From: Phoronis australis
Lineage: Eukaryota; Animalia; Phoronida
Length of the DNA stretch: 64,000 nt
Reading direction: 5' to 3'
Assembly: GCA_002633005.1 (NCBI GenBank)
Contig: NMRA01000386.1
Coordinates: 366,393-430,392, forward strand
Of this stretch, positions 14,301 to 26,220 are shown piece by piece. The notes under the pieces were generated by a model, which was not told the DNA's origin, did not search any database, and was given only the letters and a program-made list of their open reading frames with translations. Made by a program: the position numbers and the translations under genes. How positions within the stretch are numbered: position 1 is the first letter of the stretch; each line of letters starts with the position of its first letter.

Positions 14301-16019
14301 GTCAGAGTTTAATCGAACTGCAAGAGTTTTAACACACCAGTTTTACCACATGAATTTTGTGACAACCAATAGAAAAACATGAAAAACCCATATATGAAAT
14401 TAATTCCTACTTACATAAAATTTTCAAGAACTTTTCAAGGCTTTGTGTAAAAATGCAAGACAAATGTTAAAATTCAAGGACTTGAAGAGACCTCTGTTGA
14501 TCTCAATCAAAACTTTTAAAGTTTAGTGGGAACCATGTTAAACTTCAATTATGTTTTATGTTTATCATGGTACAGTTACTCTAGTAGTTTCTAGACTATT
14601 CAGAAGACCTACTTGTCAACCATGGTTTCATTTGTGATTGCTTCATAACCAAAAAAGTCATATGTAATTCTACTTCAGCACCATATCCATCCAAATCAAT
14701 TCAAACAACATTACTAGCTTCAAATATATGCCTTCTTGACCCGTGTTGCTAAAGTAACAGGAGGATGAGAAAGTACGCAACATGTCGAAACAAAATTCTA
14801 GTCGTTTACAAAGCCAACCTAATAGCTTTGACGTAGCTGTGAAACTTCGATACTGAATCACAAGCTTAATTTAAATTAATTGGTATCTCTTACTCCATAA
14901 CATGAACTAAGACTTTTTAAGACATAGTCAATTCTTTTTAACTAAAAAATCCAAGTGGACGCAGGGATATTCCTGACTTAGTTTGAACCTGTGCCCTTTG
15001 GGCACACCTGAACTGTGCCTTTTTTTCAAAAAGTTGTGCCCAACATCCTATTTATTACCCGACTGGTTGTAAGTTGACCTGAATCTCGCATTTTTGGAAC
15101 TGTGTTGCATTTTAAAAGATGCGACTTTTTATTTTTTGTGAGCTAATGGAGCAAAGGTGAGCTTTAGAAATATCTGTGCCAGGACGACTGATTGCTGGCT
15201 GTACACAGTGGGAGGGGACTTCAAAAATCCCCGTTAAAAGGTTGACATCATTCCCCCTGGCGCGAGCAGTGTAAAAACAGCCAGTAGCAAATTTTGCAAG
15301 GGAATGAAAGACTGTTCCAAAAAAGTTTGATTGCCATTATGTTATTTGTTGGAGCTGGAAAGAGTTAAAGACATTATTGCCCCTCCTAAGTGTCCCTCTA
15401 TGCACAAAAGGTAAAAGAACACAACTTTGACGGCTTAATCGGCGCTAAGCATAATTCGGCGAAAAGCTTCCGGCATGTGAAAGTCCAGTTATGCGAGCAT
15501 CACTGACTCTACTGCTAATTAAGAGACGGTGGCACGGTCTGTCTAGGGGAGACAGACTTAACATTAACAACCATCTCAACTGGCCCCAGTAGAGATGGTG
15601 GCCATCCCACATAGGCCCTCCGGCAACCATATCTCGGCAATTGGACAATTTAATATTGCTCCCGTAAGTGTATATAACATCATACATATATATTCTGTAT
15701 TAGAGGTGTGCTCTAAAAGGATGAAATAAAGCTTAGAAGCTCTCCTGTGTCTCAAACTTTTCTCAAAAGTTCGCCATTATCGACCGTGGCGTAGTCTTCG
15801 CCTTCATAATTCAGCTTCAATGGTGCAGTGCCTCTGCACAAACAATGTGAAGATGAAACATCATATTACCGAGCAGTACTGTAGAATCATATCCACAACA
15901 AACTGCCCTACAGCAGAATTCAAAAGAAAGTGAGTTCCATTCTTGCCGTCAATATTCACTCCGCAAACAGCACAATCGAACTTCGCCAGACACAATTTGT
16001 CACAACAGGAGTCGTCCAT
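8341..16019 (-). CDS. Multi-zinc-finger protein, paralog 1: N-terminal ZAD-like C4 domain plus about 14 C2H2/C2HC fingers, about 1000 aa after removing an assembly duplication
   Basis: Exons 16019-15870 (MDDSC..CAVCG..ILQYCS), 14163-13942 (VHITSGAICHQC..KLERA), 12261-12145 (tentative, weak donor) and 11248-8341; all junctions phase 0. Canonical fingers with HTGxxP/S linkers (ORFs 9716-11191 and 8341-9777). Removing one copy of the 390-bp duplicate plus the N at 9784 gives a 2517-nt last exon that is in frame. Confidence 0.88.
9394..10174. other. Assembly artefact: 390-bp near-identical direct duplication (9394-9783 = 9785-10174) joined by a single N
   Basis: The copies differ at about two positions and abut an N at 9784; the duplication breaks an otherwise continuous reading frame. 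Confidence 0.9.
10549..10632. repeat. Coding 21-bp tandem repeat (SQGSAST heptads) in zinc-finger paralog 1
   Basis: gtgatgtacttgctgacccct repeated about 3-4 times. Confidence 0.85.
11307..11783. mobile_element. MITE-like inverted-repeat element in the last intron of paralog 1, with internal tandem copies of the terminal motif
   Basis: ttatgaactcagttcttttctcatg (11332-11356) is inverted at 11746-11770; outer gttccat/atggaac; tttctcatgaacctca occurs three times in 11345-11460. Confidence 0.6.
12870..12940 (-). mobile_element. Degenerate tRNA-derived SINE head
   Basis: Minus strand reads tagagcatctgcacggttagctgaaggtcccaggctcgagtc (D-arm and B-box-like); a related head lies at about 36765-36820. 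Confidence 0.45.
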
Positions 16020-16887
16020 TTTGCCTTGCCTTGCCTGATCCCAGCTCAAAGAAGGTAGCAGGCCTAATGTCTAATGAACTGATAGTTCATGGCGATTGTT
16101 TTGCGCAGCACCGACAAGAGAACGTGATTCTACACGACGGACAGCCATGTTCGCTTGAACTCTTGTACGATTGGCACTTTCTCCAGTAGTATTAGTCTGT
16201 GGAAGACGTTTCACGCAGATGCCACTAATTTAAGCCACAGACAAACAGTTTTGTCTTCTCAGTGCTATCACCTGAACAATAACTTAGGGTCTTTGTTAAC
16301 GTCAGTTGCAGAAAAATACATGCCATTTCTAGTTCTGAGGGTATTAAGGTCACCCACTGACCTATTTATGAAAGAGCTGCCAGCTGCCCTTTTGTCTCGC
16401 TAGCTTCAGAGTCTGGTCAAAGACGTTAAAACATTCTTATAGCGTCACGGACGGTAGCGTAGCCTAGCGGGCGTGTGTGCGCTGACGAAGTACGCGAAGC
16501 GTTGGGCTACGGCCGATATCAGTTTGTCAAATTCAAAATTGTGAAGTGCCTTTTGCTTAAAATATTGAAAACAAAAAAAACATGAGCAGTGCCATGGAAA
16601 ATACACATTGGCAAAATCTTGGGCAGTAAAGTAAGTTACGAGAAATACATCATAAGCAATTGACTCAGTAATCAGAAGTAAACAAGTGAAAATATGTGAT
16701 TGGAGGATGAGCAGGTACAGAACATGAAAGATTTTGTCCAGGGAGGTCAGGGAAGTAATAAACGTAAGACAGACCTGCTGAAGAAGATGAGAGAAAAAAC
16801 GGGGGCGGCGCCCTCAACCGGCCCGAAAGTGGGGGCGGAAATAGCTTTCTTTCCCCAATATTCCAGGTGTTAATATCAATTAATTAA

Positions 16888-17490
16888 NNNNNNNNNNNNN
16901 NNNNNNNNNNNNNNNNNNNNNNNNNNNNNNNNNNNNNNNNNNNNNNNNNNNNNNNNNNNNNNNNNNNNNNNNNNNNNNNNNNNNNNNNNNNNNNNNNNNN
17001 NNNNNNNNNNNNNNNNNNNNNNNNNNNNNNNNNNNNNNNNNNNNNNNNNNNNNNNNNNNNNNNNNNNNNNNNNNNNNNNNNNNNNNNNNNNNNNNNNNNN
17101 NNNNNNNNNNNNNNNNNNNNNNNNNNNNNNNNNNNNNNNNNNNNNNNNNNNNNNNNNNNNNNNNNNNNNNNNNNNNNNNNNNNNNNNNNNNNNNNNNNNN
17201 NNNNNNNNNNNNNNNNNNNNNNNNNNNNNNNNNNNNNNNNNNNNNNNNNNNNNNNNNNNNNNNNNNNNNNNNNNNNNNNNNNNNNNNNNNNNNNNNNNNN
17301 NNNNNNNNNNNNNNNNNNNNNNNNNNNNNNNNNNNNNNNNNNNNNNNNNNNNNNNNNNNNNNNNNNNNNNNNNNNNNNNNNNNNNNNNNNNNNNNNNNNN
17401 NNNNNNNNNNNNNNNNNNNNNNNNNNNNNNNNNNNNNNNNNNNNNNNNNNNNNNNNNNNNNNNNNNNNNNNNNNNNNNNNNNNNNNNNNN
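16888..17490. other. Assembly gap (603 N)
   Basis: Run of N. Confidence 0.99.
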
Positions 17491-17563
17491 AAAAAGGAGA
17501 AACGTCGCTCGTAGGATGTAAGACACAACAGATGGATGCAAAAAGAAATTCCACAGATATCGA

Positions 17564-17730
17564 GTCCTCAGTGGCTCAGTGGATGCAGCACAAGACCAGC
17601 AATCTGAAGGGCAGTGGTTCGATTCCCAGTGGAGACGGCACAAGACCAGCAACCTGAAGACCGGAGGCGGAGACGGCACAAGACCAGCAACCTGAAGACC
17701 GGAGGCGGAGACGGCAGAGACGGCAGAGAC
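17564..17730 (+). repeat. tRNA-like head (A box/B box) followed by a 38-bp tandem repeat
   Basis: tggctcagtgg (A box) ... ggttcgattcc (B box), then gcacaagaccagcaacctgaagaccggaggcggagacg twice and gcagagacg twice. Confidence 0.6.
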
Positions 17731-18656
17731 GGGCCCCCTCTCGCACACGCGCCCCCTCTGACACACGCACCCTCTCACACACACGCACCCTCTCTAGCCC
17801 CCTCTCCCACACCCTCTCAATGACAGCACACAGTTCTAGGTAGAATCAGGGCAGACGTATTTTCCTGATGGCTCTGTCGTCAATAAAATGTAAGAAAAGG
17901 TCAGAACACTTTTCTCCTGTGGAAAAGATTTCCCCGCAGGACTATATATTTACAGAGCAAATTGATGTCATTCAAGAAGAGCAAGAACAGTGATGCCAAA
18001 ACAAGTCAACGGAAGCAACAGGCTTGGAGGGACAGTGGTTCTTGACTTGGGGAGACCGGGGCTAGTTCGACCCTTTTTTGAAAAAAGCGCAATATTGTGG
18101 AAACTACTTAAGCTGGTTCATCCATAAGCGCTGCGCGAGAAGTGCGATCTGTCAGTCAATATGTGGGGCATATTTAAGCGATGTAAGTGCACTGGTCTTG
18201 TAGCAATTTTCGTTTTAAAATGTCCACCTTCGGGGGTCCACCTTGCCCTGGCCCTCGGCAAGTTGGGTCCACCCACGGGACACGTTCGGCCTCCATTGCA
18301 GTACTCTTAAAATGAACAAAACACATTTTTGCACAATTTTGTGTTGGTGTATGCCTGTTTTTTTGTCCCAAAGGACCGTAAAGTACACAAGAACTAGGGT
18401 TTGAATGTCAACTGTCTATTAAAAATACTTCGCAAATATCATAATCTTTTACTTACTAAACTGATGATCGGATGCTACTTTTTTACTCAATGAGCTATTA
18501 AAAGTAAACAACGTGAGAGTTTAAACGTATTTGCTTTAGTCCCCATCTGAGTTAAAGCTGTGGTACACAAAGGAGTACAGCATCCCATCTTCAGCGCATT
18601 CCTTGTGGGCCGCAGGGGACCCAATTTTCTCTACTCCTGCTGTTAGAATATGGCTC

Positions 18657-18903
18657 TAGACAAACGAGTCAAAACACTCCTGTTCATACTCGCTCTCTGA
18701 AGATGGGGATGGCGATCTCTCTTCTTTTTGTTTTGGTTTTGTGTTAACAGCAAGCTTTCTCGCAGGTTTTTCTTCTTTCCCTTAACTTGTGCTTCTCTCA
18801 GGGCCTCTTTCTCTGGTGTATAGGTGAGAATGGCCGATTTTCTCCGTTTTCTGTTTCCACCTGTGGTTTTGCGCGGTGGAGCTGTTGGGTGTAGTCTTAC
18901 TGT
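18657..18903 (-). mobile_element. pogo/CENP-B-type transposase C-terminal fragment (relic)
   Basis: Minus strand reads TVRLHPTAPPRKTTGGNRKRRKSAILTYTPEKEALRE, then a frameshifted Lys-rich/acidic tail. P.APPRK..RKRRKSAILT.TPEK is the post-DDE motif I recall from invertebrate pogo-like transposases. Confidence 0.55.
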
Positions 18904-19250
18904 CTGCAGTAGTAGTAGGAGTAATACACTTTATTCATGTTACTACAAAAACATACAATTCATACCAATTCACGCTTATGGAGACTCTGTGAAGGACACA
19001 AAGGAGCCACCAGAGAATAAAATATAGAGTTATAGATAACCAGAATTATAACATTAGGTGATAATGTAATTTAAAACTACTTGTAAAAAGACTAGGAGAG
19101 ATAAATAGTTACTCACAAAGCAGTTGGGAATTGTGCACTCAAGTGCATAACTTTCAAAACAAACCTTTTTAAAATAATTTATAACAGAGGATAACGAATG
19201 GGTAAAAAATTTTTCGGAAACACTTTCAGGAAGGTTATTAATGATATGAG

Positions 19251-21267
19251 GTAGGGCATTGCGAGCTGAATTTCAGAAAATGATTTAGTACAACGAGGAG
19301 TTTGTAGAAGATGTTGGAAAGAAAGCCAGTGACCTTACTGAATTAGCCTATAGCTTGTTTTGCTCTATATGCGTAAAATACACTACTGTTTAGCCCTATT
19401 TTGAGTGTTTTGTTACGACAACAACGCGAAGTTTGTGGCATTCAATCTGCAAAATTTAAGCAATTCATTCTTTGGTGGGTAAGTGGTCACATTGATCGAG
19501 ACACGTAAGTGAACATAGTTTTTTATGGAAGTACGGTTGTGTGAAGGTTTGTCTAGGCGATTTCAATTAATGAAAATACTTCCGACGCCTATCCAGAATC
19601 AAGAATAGATCGCCTCTTCATTATGTGTATGGCGATCGACCTGCCCGAGAGACCGGCCCTCCAACCATAAAAGCCAGAATGGAGTCGTGTAAGATATTTG
19701 CTACAAGGTGATCTTCCCAACTTGTTGTTGGGCTATAGAATCGAACAACTAGTTGGGAGCAACGGGAAAACGCCGTAATGATCCAGGCCATGTAATTGGC
19801 TAACTCGAACGTAGCCCTTAGTCTGTCCAGAGACCGTCTTTGGTCTATCTCCGGTTCTCCCTGTAGCAGCTCCGTGAGCGGAAGCAGGGATCTGAGTTCG
19901 CGCAGTGCCAAGTCCACTGACCATTTTTACATGTCTGTAAAGTGAACGTTCGAAAAATGTAGTCCAGCCACAACACGTGTTCTTTCTGGCCTTTGTGACC
20001 ATGTTCACATTTCTTCACTCAAATTCAATAAACACCTTTAAACAGTATACACCATGGATTTTTGCACATTTTTAATTACCGGTGGCCACAGACTAAATGT
20101 ATGACGTAAAATTTAGCTAAACCCATGTTTATTTTGTGTAATTAGCTCGAAATTTTGATTTTTCTTTCAATTTTGCCAATTTTCACATTTCCCGCCAAGT
20201 GACGTCATGGGTTGAACACAAGAGATCAGTGACTAGCATTGAACAATGGCGAAGTGCAGAGAATTTGAAAGTGACGACGATTATGAGCAAGAATTGAACG
20301 AATACTATGAAGAAACCTACGGGAATGGTGGCCAGGATGAGAAAATTTGGTTGCACGAAAGCGAGAATAAGTTTAATGTGCTTCCGGCAGCGCCCTACTT
20401 TGAGCCTTCAGAACTGGATCCTCCCGCGAGAGAAGCGGCCTCGGGCTCGGCGAGTCAACCCAGTCATCCAACAGNGTAGGGCATTGCGAGCTGAATTTCA
20501 GAAAATGATTTAGTACAACGAGGAGTTTGTAGAAGATGTTGGAAAGAAAGCCAGTGACCTTACTGAATTAGCCTATAGCTTGTTTTGCTCTATATGCGTA
20601 AAATACACTACTGTTTAGCCCTATTTTGAGTGTTTTGTTACGACAACAACGCGAAGTTTGTGGCATCCAATCTGCAAAATTTAAGCAATTCATTCTTTGG
20701 TGGGTAAGTGGTCACATTGATCGAGACACGTAAGTGAACGTAGTTTTTTATGGAAGTACGGTTGTGTGAAGGTTTGTCTAGGCGATTTCAATTAATGAAA
20801 ATACTCCCGACGCCTATCCAGAATCAAGAATAGATCGCCTCTTCATTATGTGTATGGCGATCGACCTGCCCGAGATCCGGCCCTGCAACCATAAAAGCCA
20901 GAATGGAGTTGTGTAAGATATTTGCTACAAGGTGATCTTCCCAACTCGTTGTTGGGCTATAGAATCGAACAACTAGTTGGGAGCAACGGGAAAACGCCGT
21001 AATGATCCAGGCCATGTAATTGGCTAACTCGAACGTAGCCCTTAGTCTGTCCAGAGACCGTCTTCGGTCTATCTCCGGTTCTCCCTGTAGCAGCTCCGTG
21101 AGCGGAAGCAGGGACCTGAGTTCGCGCAGTGCCAAGTCCACTGACCATTTTTACATGTCTGTAAAGTGAACGTTCGAAAAATGTAGTCCAGCCACGACAC
21201 GTGTTCTTTCTGGCCTTTGTGACCATGTTCACATTTCTTCACTCAAATTCAATAAACACCTTTAAAC
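19251..21267. other. About 790-bp near-identical duplication (19251-20043 vs 20476-21267) across a single-N join; probably two haplotypes
   Basis: The second copy starts immediately after the N at 20475; the copies differ by scattered SNPs and a small indel. Confidence 0.85.
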
Positions 21268-23084
21268 GTTACATTAATTTTCCTGGGACATGAAAAAAGT
21301 GCGTAGCGATGTGCACAGAGAGTTACGTTCGGCATACGAAAATATTGCCCGCGCGTTTTTATACTGAGCAGAAGGCGACACAACTTAGTGCCAGAGGCGT
21401 AAGTAAAATACAAACCTTTTAGTCACTCATACAACTGTAGGTTTCTGCGATAATTTAACGTTCCAGTCTCGATAGTTCTTTCGCGAGCTCTTTTGATTTA
21501 GCCTAACATGATCTTTCCTTAGTGGCGCCCCGGCAGCTTTTCTCGCAAAAAAGTTACTACAGGAGTTTACTATGAAACGCCACCCTTCAGATGATCGCAA
21601 ACGACAGTTGCCGACACCCACTTGGTGATATCCTTGTAATAGAGGAAATTAAATTATATTTAAAATGAAACTGATTGAAGACGTAGCTAGGCTGAAGTAT
21701 CGGTCACATACGGTGCCACATCGTGCACATGCTATTTTGCCATGTCAATCAATCGACAATTTGAAAAAATCCGACTCAGACAAGCAAATCAAGTGCGAAT
21801 ACGCAGTGCTAGTCATTTATTTTTTACACCGTGACCTACTGTAGGTGCAAGCCCAGATTCACGACAATGTATGGTTCTAATATCATGCAGCAGTGGTTGC
21901 ATGGGACAGTTTTATGCCGCAATTTAAGTGGCCTCCTCGGTGAAGGCTGACCGGAGCCCCTAGATATGCCGAATGAAATATATAGAAAATGAGCAGCAAA
22001 TCGGTGATATCTTGTTCTCAATTTTGTCAAGTGAAAAACAATTTCGAGAAAAAAAACGAAAAAACGGAAAGGACAGAGCGGCAGATGATCCTATGCCATA
22101 GAGTGGTCCGTGGAGATAGATAGTTTTGCGTTCCATAAAATTGTTCACTTGATTTCAAAGATCCAGTGAAATAAGGGCTCTGCAAAGCTCTTCACAAAAT
22201 TTGTCGACTCACGTTCTCAAGTGCGTTTTAACGATGGGTGCTGGAGCTCTTCTATATTGGTACATGTGTTTCTTAACAGACGGGTTGTTCAGTCTTTTTT
22301 CACACAGCAGTGGTCACGTCGCTCGTTCTCACATAGACGAGCTGCTGGGGAAGGTATTGCATCTGCTGGTTCAATTTGAGCGAGGAGTACAATAAGCTAT
22401 TTACATTCAAGCCTCCAGACCTTCTCTTGGGTGGCGCCACATACAAACTGTACCGCTCAGTGCGGAAAAGAGAGAATAGACAGCACCACCGTTCCCATGT
22501 GACCAGAGTTTTCGTGAATCATAGCCGAGGATTTTACATCAACTTATGGTGAAGGAGACAAGAAATTTCCGAGGCACAAGCCGGAATGTAGGAAAATATT
22601 CAGCCCAGCAGAGAAGTCTTATACTTAACATGTTATGGAGTTTCTGGATGGCTCAAGACTTAAATTTTGTTGTTGTTTTTACTAATGAACAGCTGTTATG
22701 AATGAATATACGTATATTCTAGATTTTCAGGTCGATTTTATAATGCCGAGCCTCAACTGACAAAACTGTGTCTCACTAATGGCAGTAAAAATATTTTAAA
22801 GAGAAAAAATGTCGCTTTTTGGCGAAAACCGTCAGTATCACTACGCCGCCTTGTTGGACGTTCATGTTGGAAGGCGACCCATTAATACCTTTAAACGATC
22901 CATTACAAGTTGCTAATCGGAGCTTGAATATCTTGTTAAGTTTTTAACAATCGTGTACAGTTACTTTTTCAGATACCATTAAGAAGAACATGGTCTTAAG
23001 AAAATGTACTGCAAAAAATAATGAGAACAAGAGCAATGTGGAGCGTTGATATACGCCCACCGCGTACATCGCATATATTATAGA

Positions 23085-25195
23085 GAATCCTATACTCGTC
23101 TCAGGTTTATGATATGGGCAAAACCTTTTGGAAATTTTGCTTCCAAGAGGTTTTGCCCATGTCATAAACCTGGGAAGAATGGAGGATTTGCTTTCTCACA
23201 TGAACCGTAAAAACGATCTTTTTAACCGAAAAACTCGACTTGTCTAAAACTTTCAACCACATATGACATCTGCACCATGTTAAGTAAACTCACTTTTGAT
23301 TAATAGTTTTATTTTAAATTGAACAATTGTAAATTGCATTCAGCTTTCGTAACAAATGTTCATTCAAGTTAGAATCTAATAAATAATCTTTGAAGTTGTA
23401 ATATTAAAACTATACAAATGTTTATAAATAACAGTCAGCAGGGCTTCTCCGCCCGTGAGCACTGAACTGACCTTGACTGAGACAACACATGAGCTAGGCA
23501 GCCTCACTGCGTTTCTTGAGTTGGGGTTCGTCTTCGTTTGAATAAACGTGGATATGGAATTTGTCCCCGAAGATGGGTCCGTTTAAGAAGTTAGTGGCAT
23601 TATCTTTCCGACTGGCAGTACGTACAGTTGCGACACCCGATTTGTCAGTCACAACCCATGTGCGGCGTAGCCGCCTATGGTATTGTTTGTTTGGCGCGCG
23701 TTTGGCAGACGTATTTGGCAGACGATAAAATGTAAAGCGCATGGATTTCTACTTTGCACTACGTTGTGATTCGCCTATCTAACATCAAAAAATACGTCGA
23801 ACTCGGTGTTATTAACCAGTCGTGTCGTAACACATTCCAGGTGATGTGAGAAATCGCAAATACATACACAAAAGGTACAAAGAGTGGTGTAGATGAAGTA
23901 ATATACCACGAGACATTATTCCGTGTATCGACCAAGACTGAAGGTCGAGGTTGACAAGCGGAATAATGTCGCATACGCTTCGAATTCTTATGTTTCTTTC
24001 ATCTTTTCGGCAGATTTTTTAATACTTCAAACAGACTGTTCATGTAGCGGATCACATCTTATATGTATGTACTTGCGCGTTATGTTACAAAGTTTTCTCT
24101 AGTAAAAGAATGAGTAGCAAATGAAACGATTTATTACGTGAAGAAGAGATAATGATATGAAAACAACGATAATTGTAAGTTGAACGTCTGACAATTCCTG
24201 AAAATAATTAAATAACATTAAAGAAATTAGAAACGGCATTGGAAATAGTGGCGATGAGCCCAGTTGCACACGAAACAATGTTTTGGATGTAAAGCCAATA
24301 CAGTGGAAAATGAGAGTAAACACAAAATGTCAGGTAACATCTAGAAAGGATAATAGAATTTATACAAAAATCCGACATATAATTAATAGACAATCCTACA
24401 CGAGTCTCAGGTTTATGACATGGGCAACAATTCTTGTAAATTTTGTCAAAATCCCGAGGCTTGTCGAGGGATTTTGACGAAATTTCCAAGAGGTTTCGCC
24501 CATGTCATCAACCTCAGACGAGGGTAGGATTTGTTTTCTGACATCAACAGTAACAACAATCTTTTTTCCCTAAAGCTCGACAAGTCCCTAACTTACAACC
24601 ACATGACGCAACTTTTTTAAAAACACGCTTGCGCAATGTAAAGTAAACTCAGATACTTTTTGTTAATAGTTTTATTTTAAACCGAACAATTTTAAATTGC
24701 ATCCAGCTTTCTTGAAAACTATTCATGTTTGAGTCTAATAAATAGTCTTTAAAGTTGTAATATTACACTTTAAAAAATGTTCAAAAATAACAATCAGCAA
24801 GGCTTACCCGCGCGTTAGTGCTGAATTGACCTTGAGATAGCACAGTCTCACTGTTTCTTGTGTTGAGGGTTCGTCCCCGTTTGAATGAACGTGGATATGA
24901 AATTCGCTGCTGAAGGTGGGTTCGTTTATGAAGTTGTTTTTATGTCCTTCCAACTACATGTAGGAGTACGTACAGTTACGACACTCGATTTGCAATCATA
25001 ATCATGTCACCTTCACGGAACTTCGGCATTGTTTGGTTGGTGCGCGTTTAGTGCTTTGCAGACGATAAAATGCAAGGCGTATGGATTTCTACTTTGCACT
25101 ACTTTGTGTTTTGCCCATGTATTATCAAAAAATTACGCACTCGGTGATATTAACCAGTCGTGTCGTACGACATTCCAGGTCATGTGAGAAAACAA
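23085..25195. repeat. Diverged direct repeat pair (about 23085-23860 and 24390-25195), each beginning with a long palindrome
   Basis: Collinear anchors gtctcaggtttatga, cagca.ggctt, atggatttctactttgcactac and cattccaggt.atgtgagaaa in both units. The flank at 23870-23945 also matches 50368-50452. Confidence 0.8.
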
Positions 25196-26220
25196 ACATC
25201 ACAGCATACATTTCAGTATGTGATAGTGATTTATTATCCCAGAGATCACTTACGGCATTGTGATGGTAGACTTTCATTAGACGAATCATGAAAGTTATGT
25301 GGACCGAGCTCAAAGAAGTTTGAACAATTTCAATATTTTAATCAACAGGTGAACGCCGTCCACTGGGACAGACAAACAAAAAACAAATGCAAAGGTGATT
25401 TGTCAACACATCGTGATCGAACATTTGTTTCCAAATCAAACCGAAAAGATGATAAATCATCAAGTCGAACAAGTGTACAAGGAGTTTCTCATTCTCACGA
25501 GAGTATACAAGGTTTCTTTAACGGATGCCGGGTACTTAAACGGCCCAATCAAACTGCTGGAAAACACAAGTAAAGTAATTGCAATATTCAAACACAGCAG
25601 GCCTGTCGTAAGCTTGTAAGATGACAGACTCTGAATGCTTTCTAAGATTCTGCTCTTTTTCACAAGAAGCGGCGGCAACAGACATTAGGTGCGCCCAAGG
25701 CAAATTTATCTGGAAAGTGCCTAAATGACACGGAGAACTGCCTAGCAGAGATATGTCGACTCCACCGGATGAAGTTTCCGAGCAGATCAATTGTTATCTC
25801 TCAGTCAAATAGTGACGTACTGGAGAATAACTTTTGCCAAGCACGAAATTTCAAGGGCGCAAACCCGTCATATTGTCCATTCAGTCGTTCTCGGACAAAC
25901 GTCCTTGAGTTTCGCCAAGAAATCAAACGCGGGTCTGAGGGCTGCGAAACCGAATTACGTATGCATGCCAAAGAGGGTCATATTTGGGAAGAAGAAAATG
26001 GTCTAGCGAAATCCGATTGGACGGCCACTGGCGGCCATTATTGTTTCATGGACCGTAGTGACGTCTAGTGAAGACAGGAATATGGCTGATACTCGTGGTC
26101 ATTGGGTACCGAGACAAGACATTTTATCTGATCATGTCGCTCATATAGCTTTCCCATAGTTAATACTTCTTAGGGTGGTGCTGCGTCAAGTAAGTGCAAA
26201 ACAAGACAAAACGGCTGCAG

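Noticed and set aside
16876-17784. Long ORFs of 214-302 aa
   Set aside because: They run through the N gap; artefacts.
19621-21232. Duplicated 91-105 aa ORFs as a tandem gene pair
   Set aside because: The duplication coincides with an N join (haplotype overlap), the ORFs have no recognisable domain, and an indel changes one C-terminus.
23494-23742. 82-aa minus ORF with a tail reminiscent of Crypton recombinases
   Set aside because: No catalytic tyrosine-recombinase motif is visible and the ORF is not preserved in the sister repeat.
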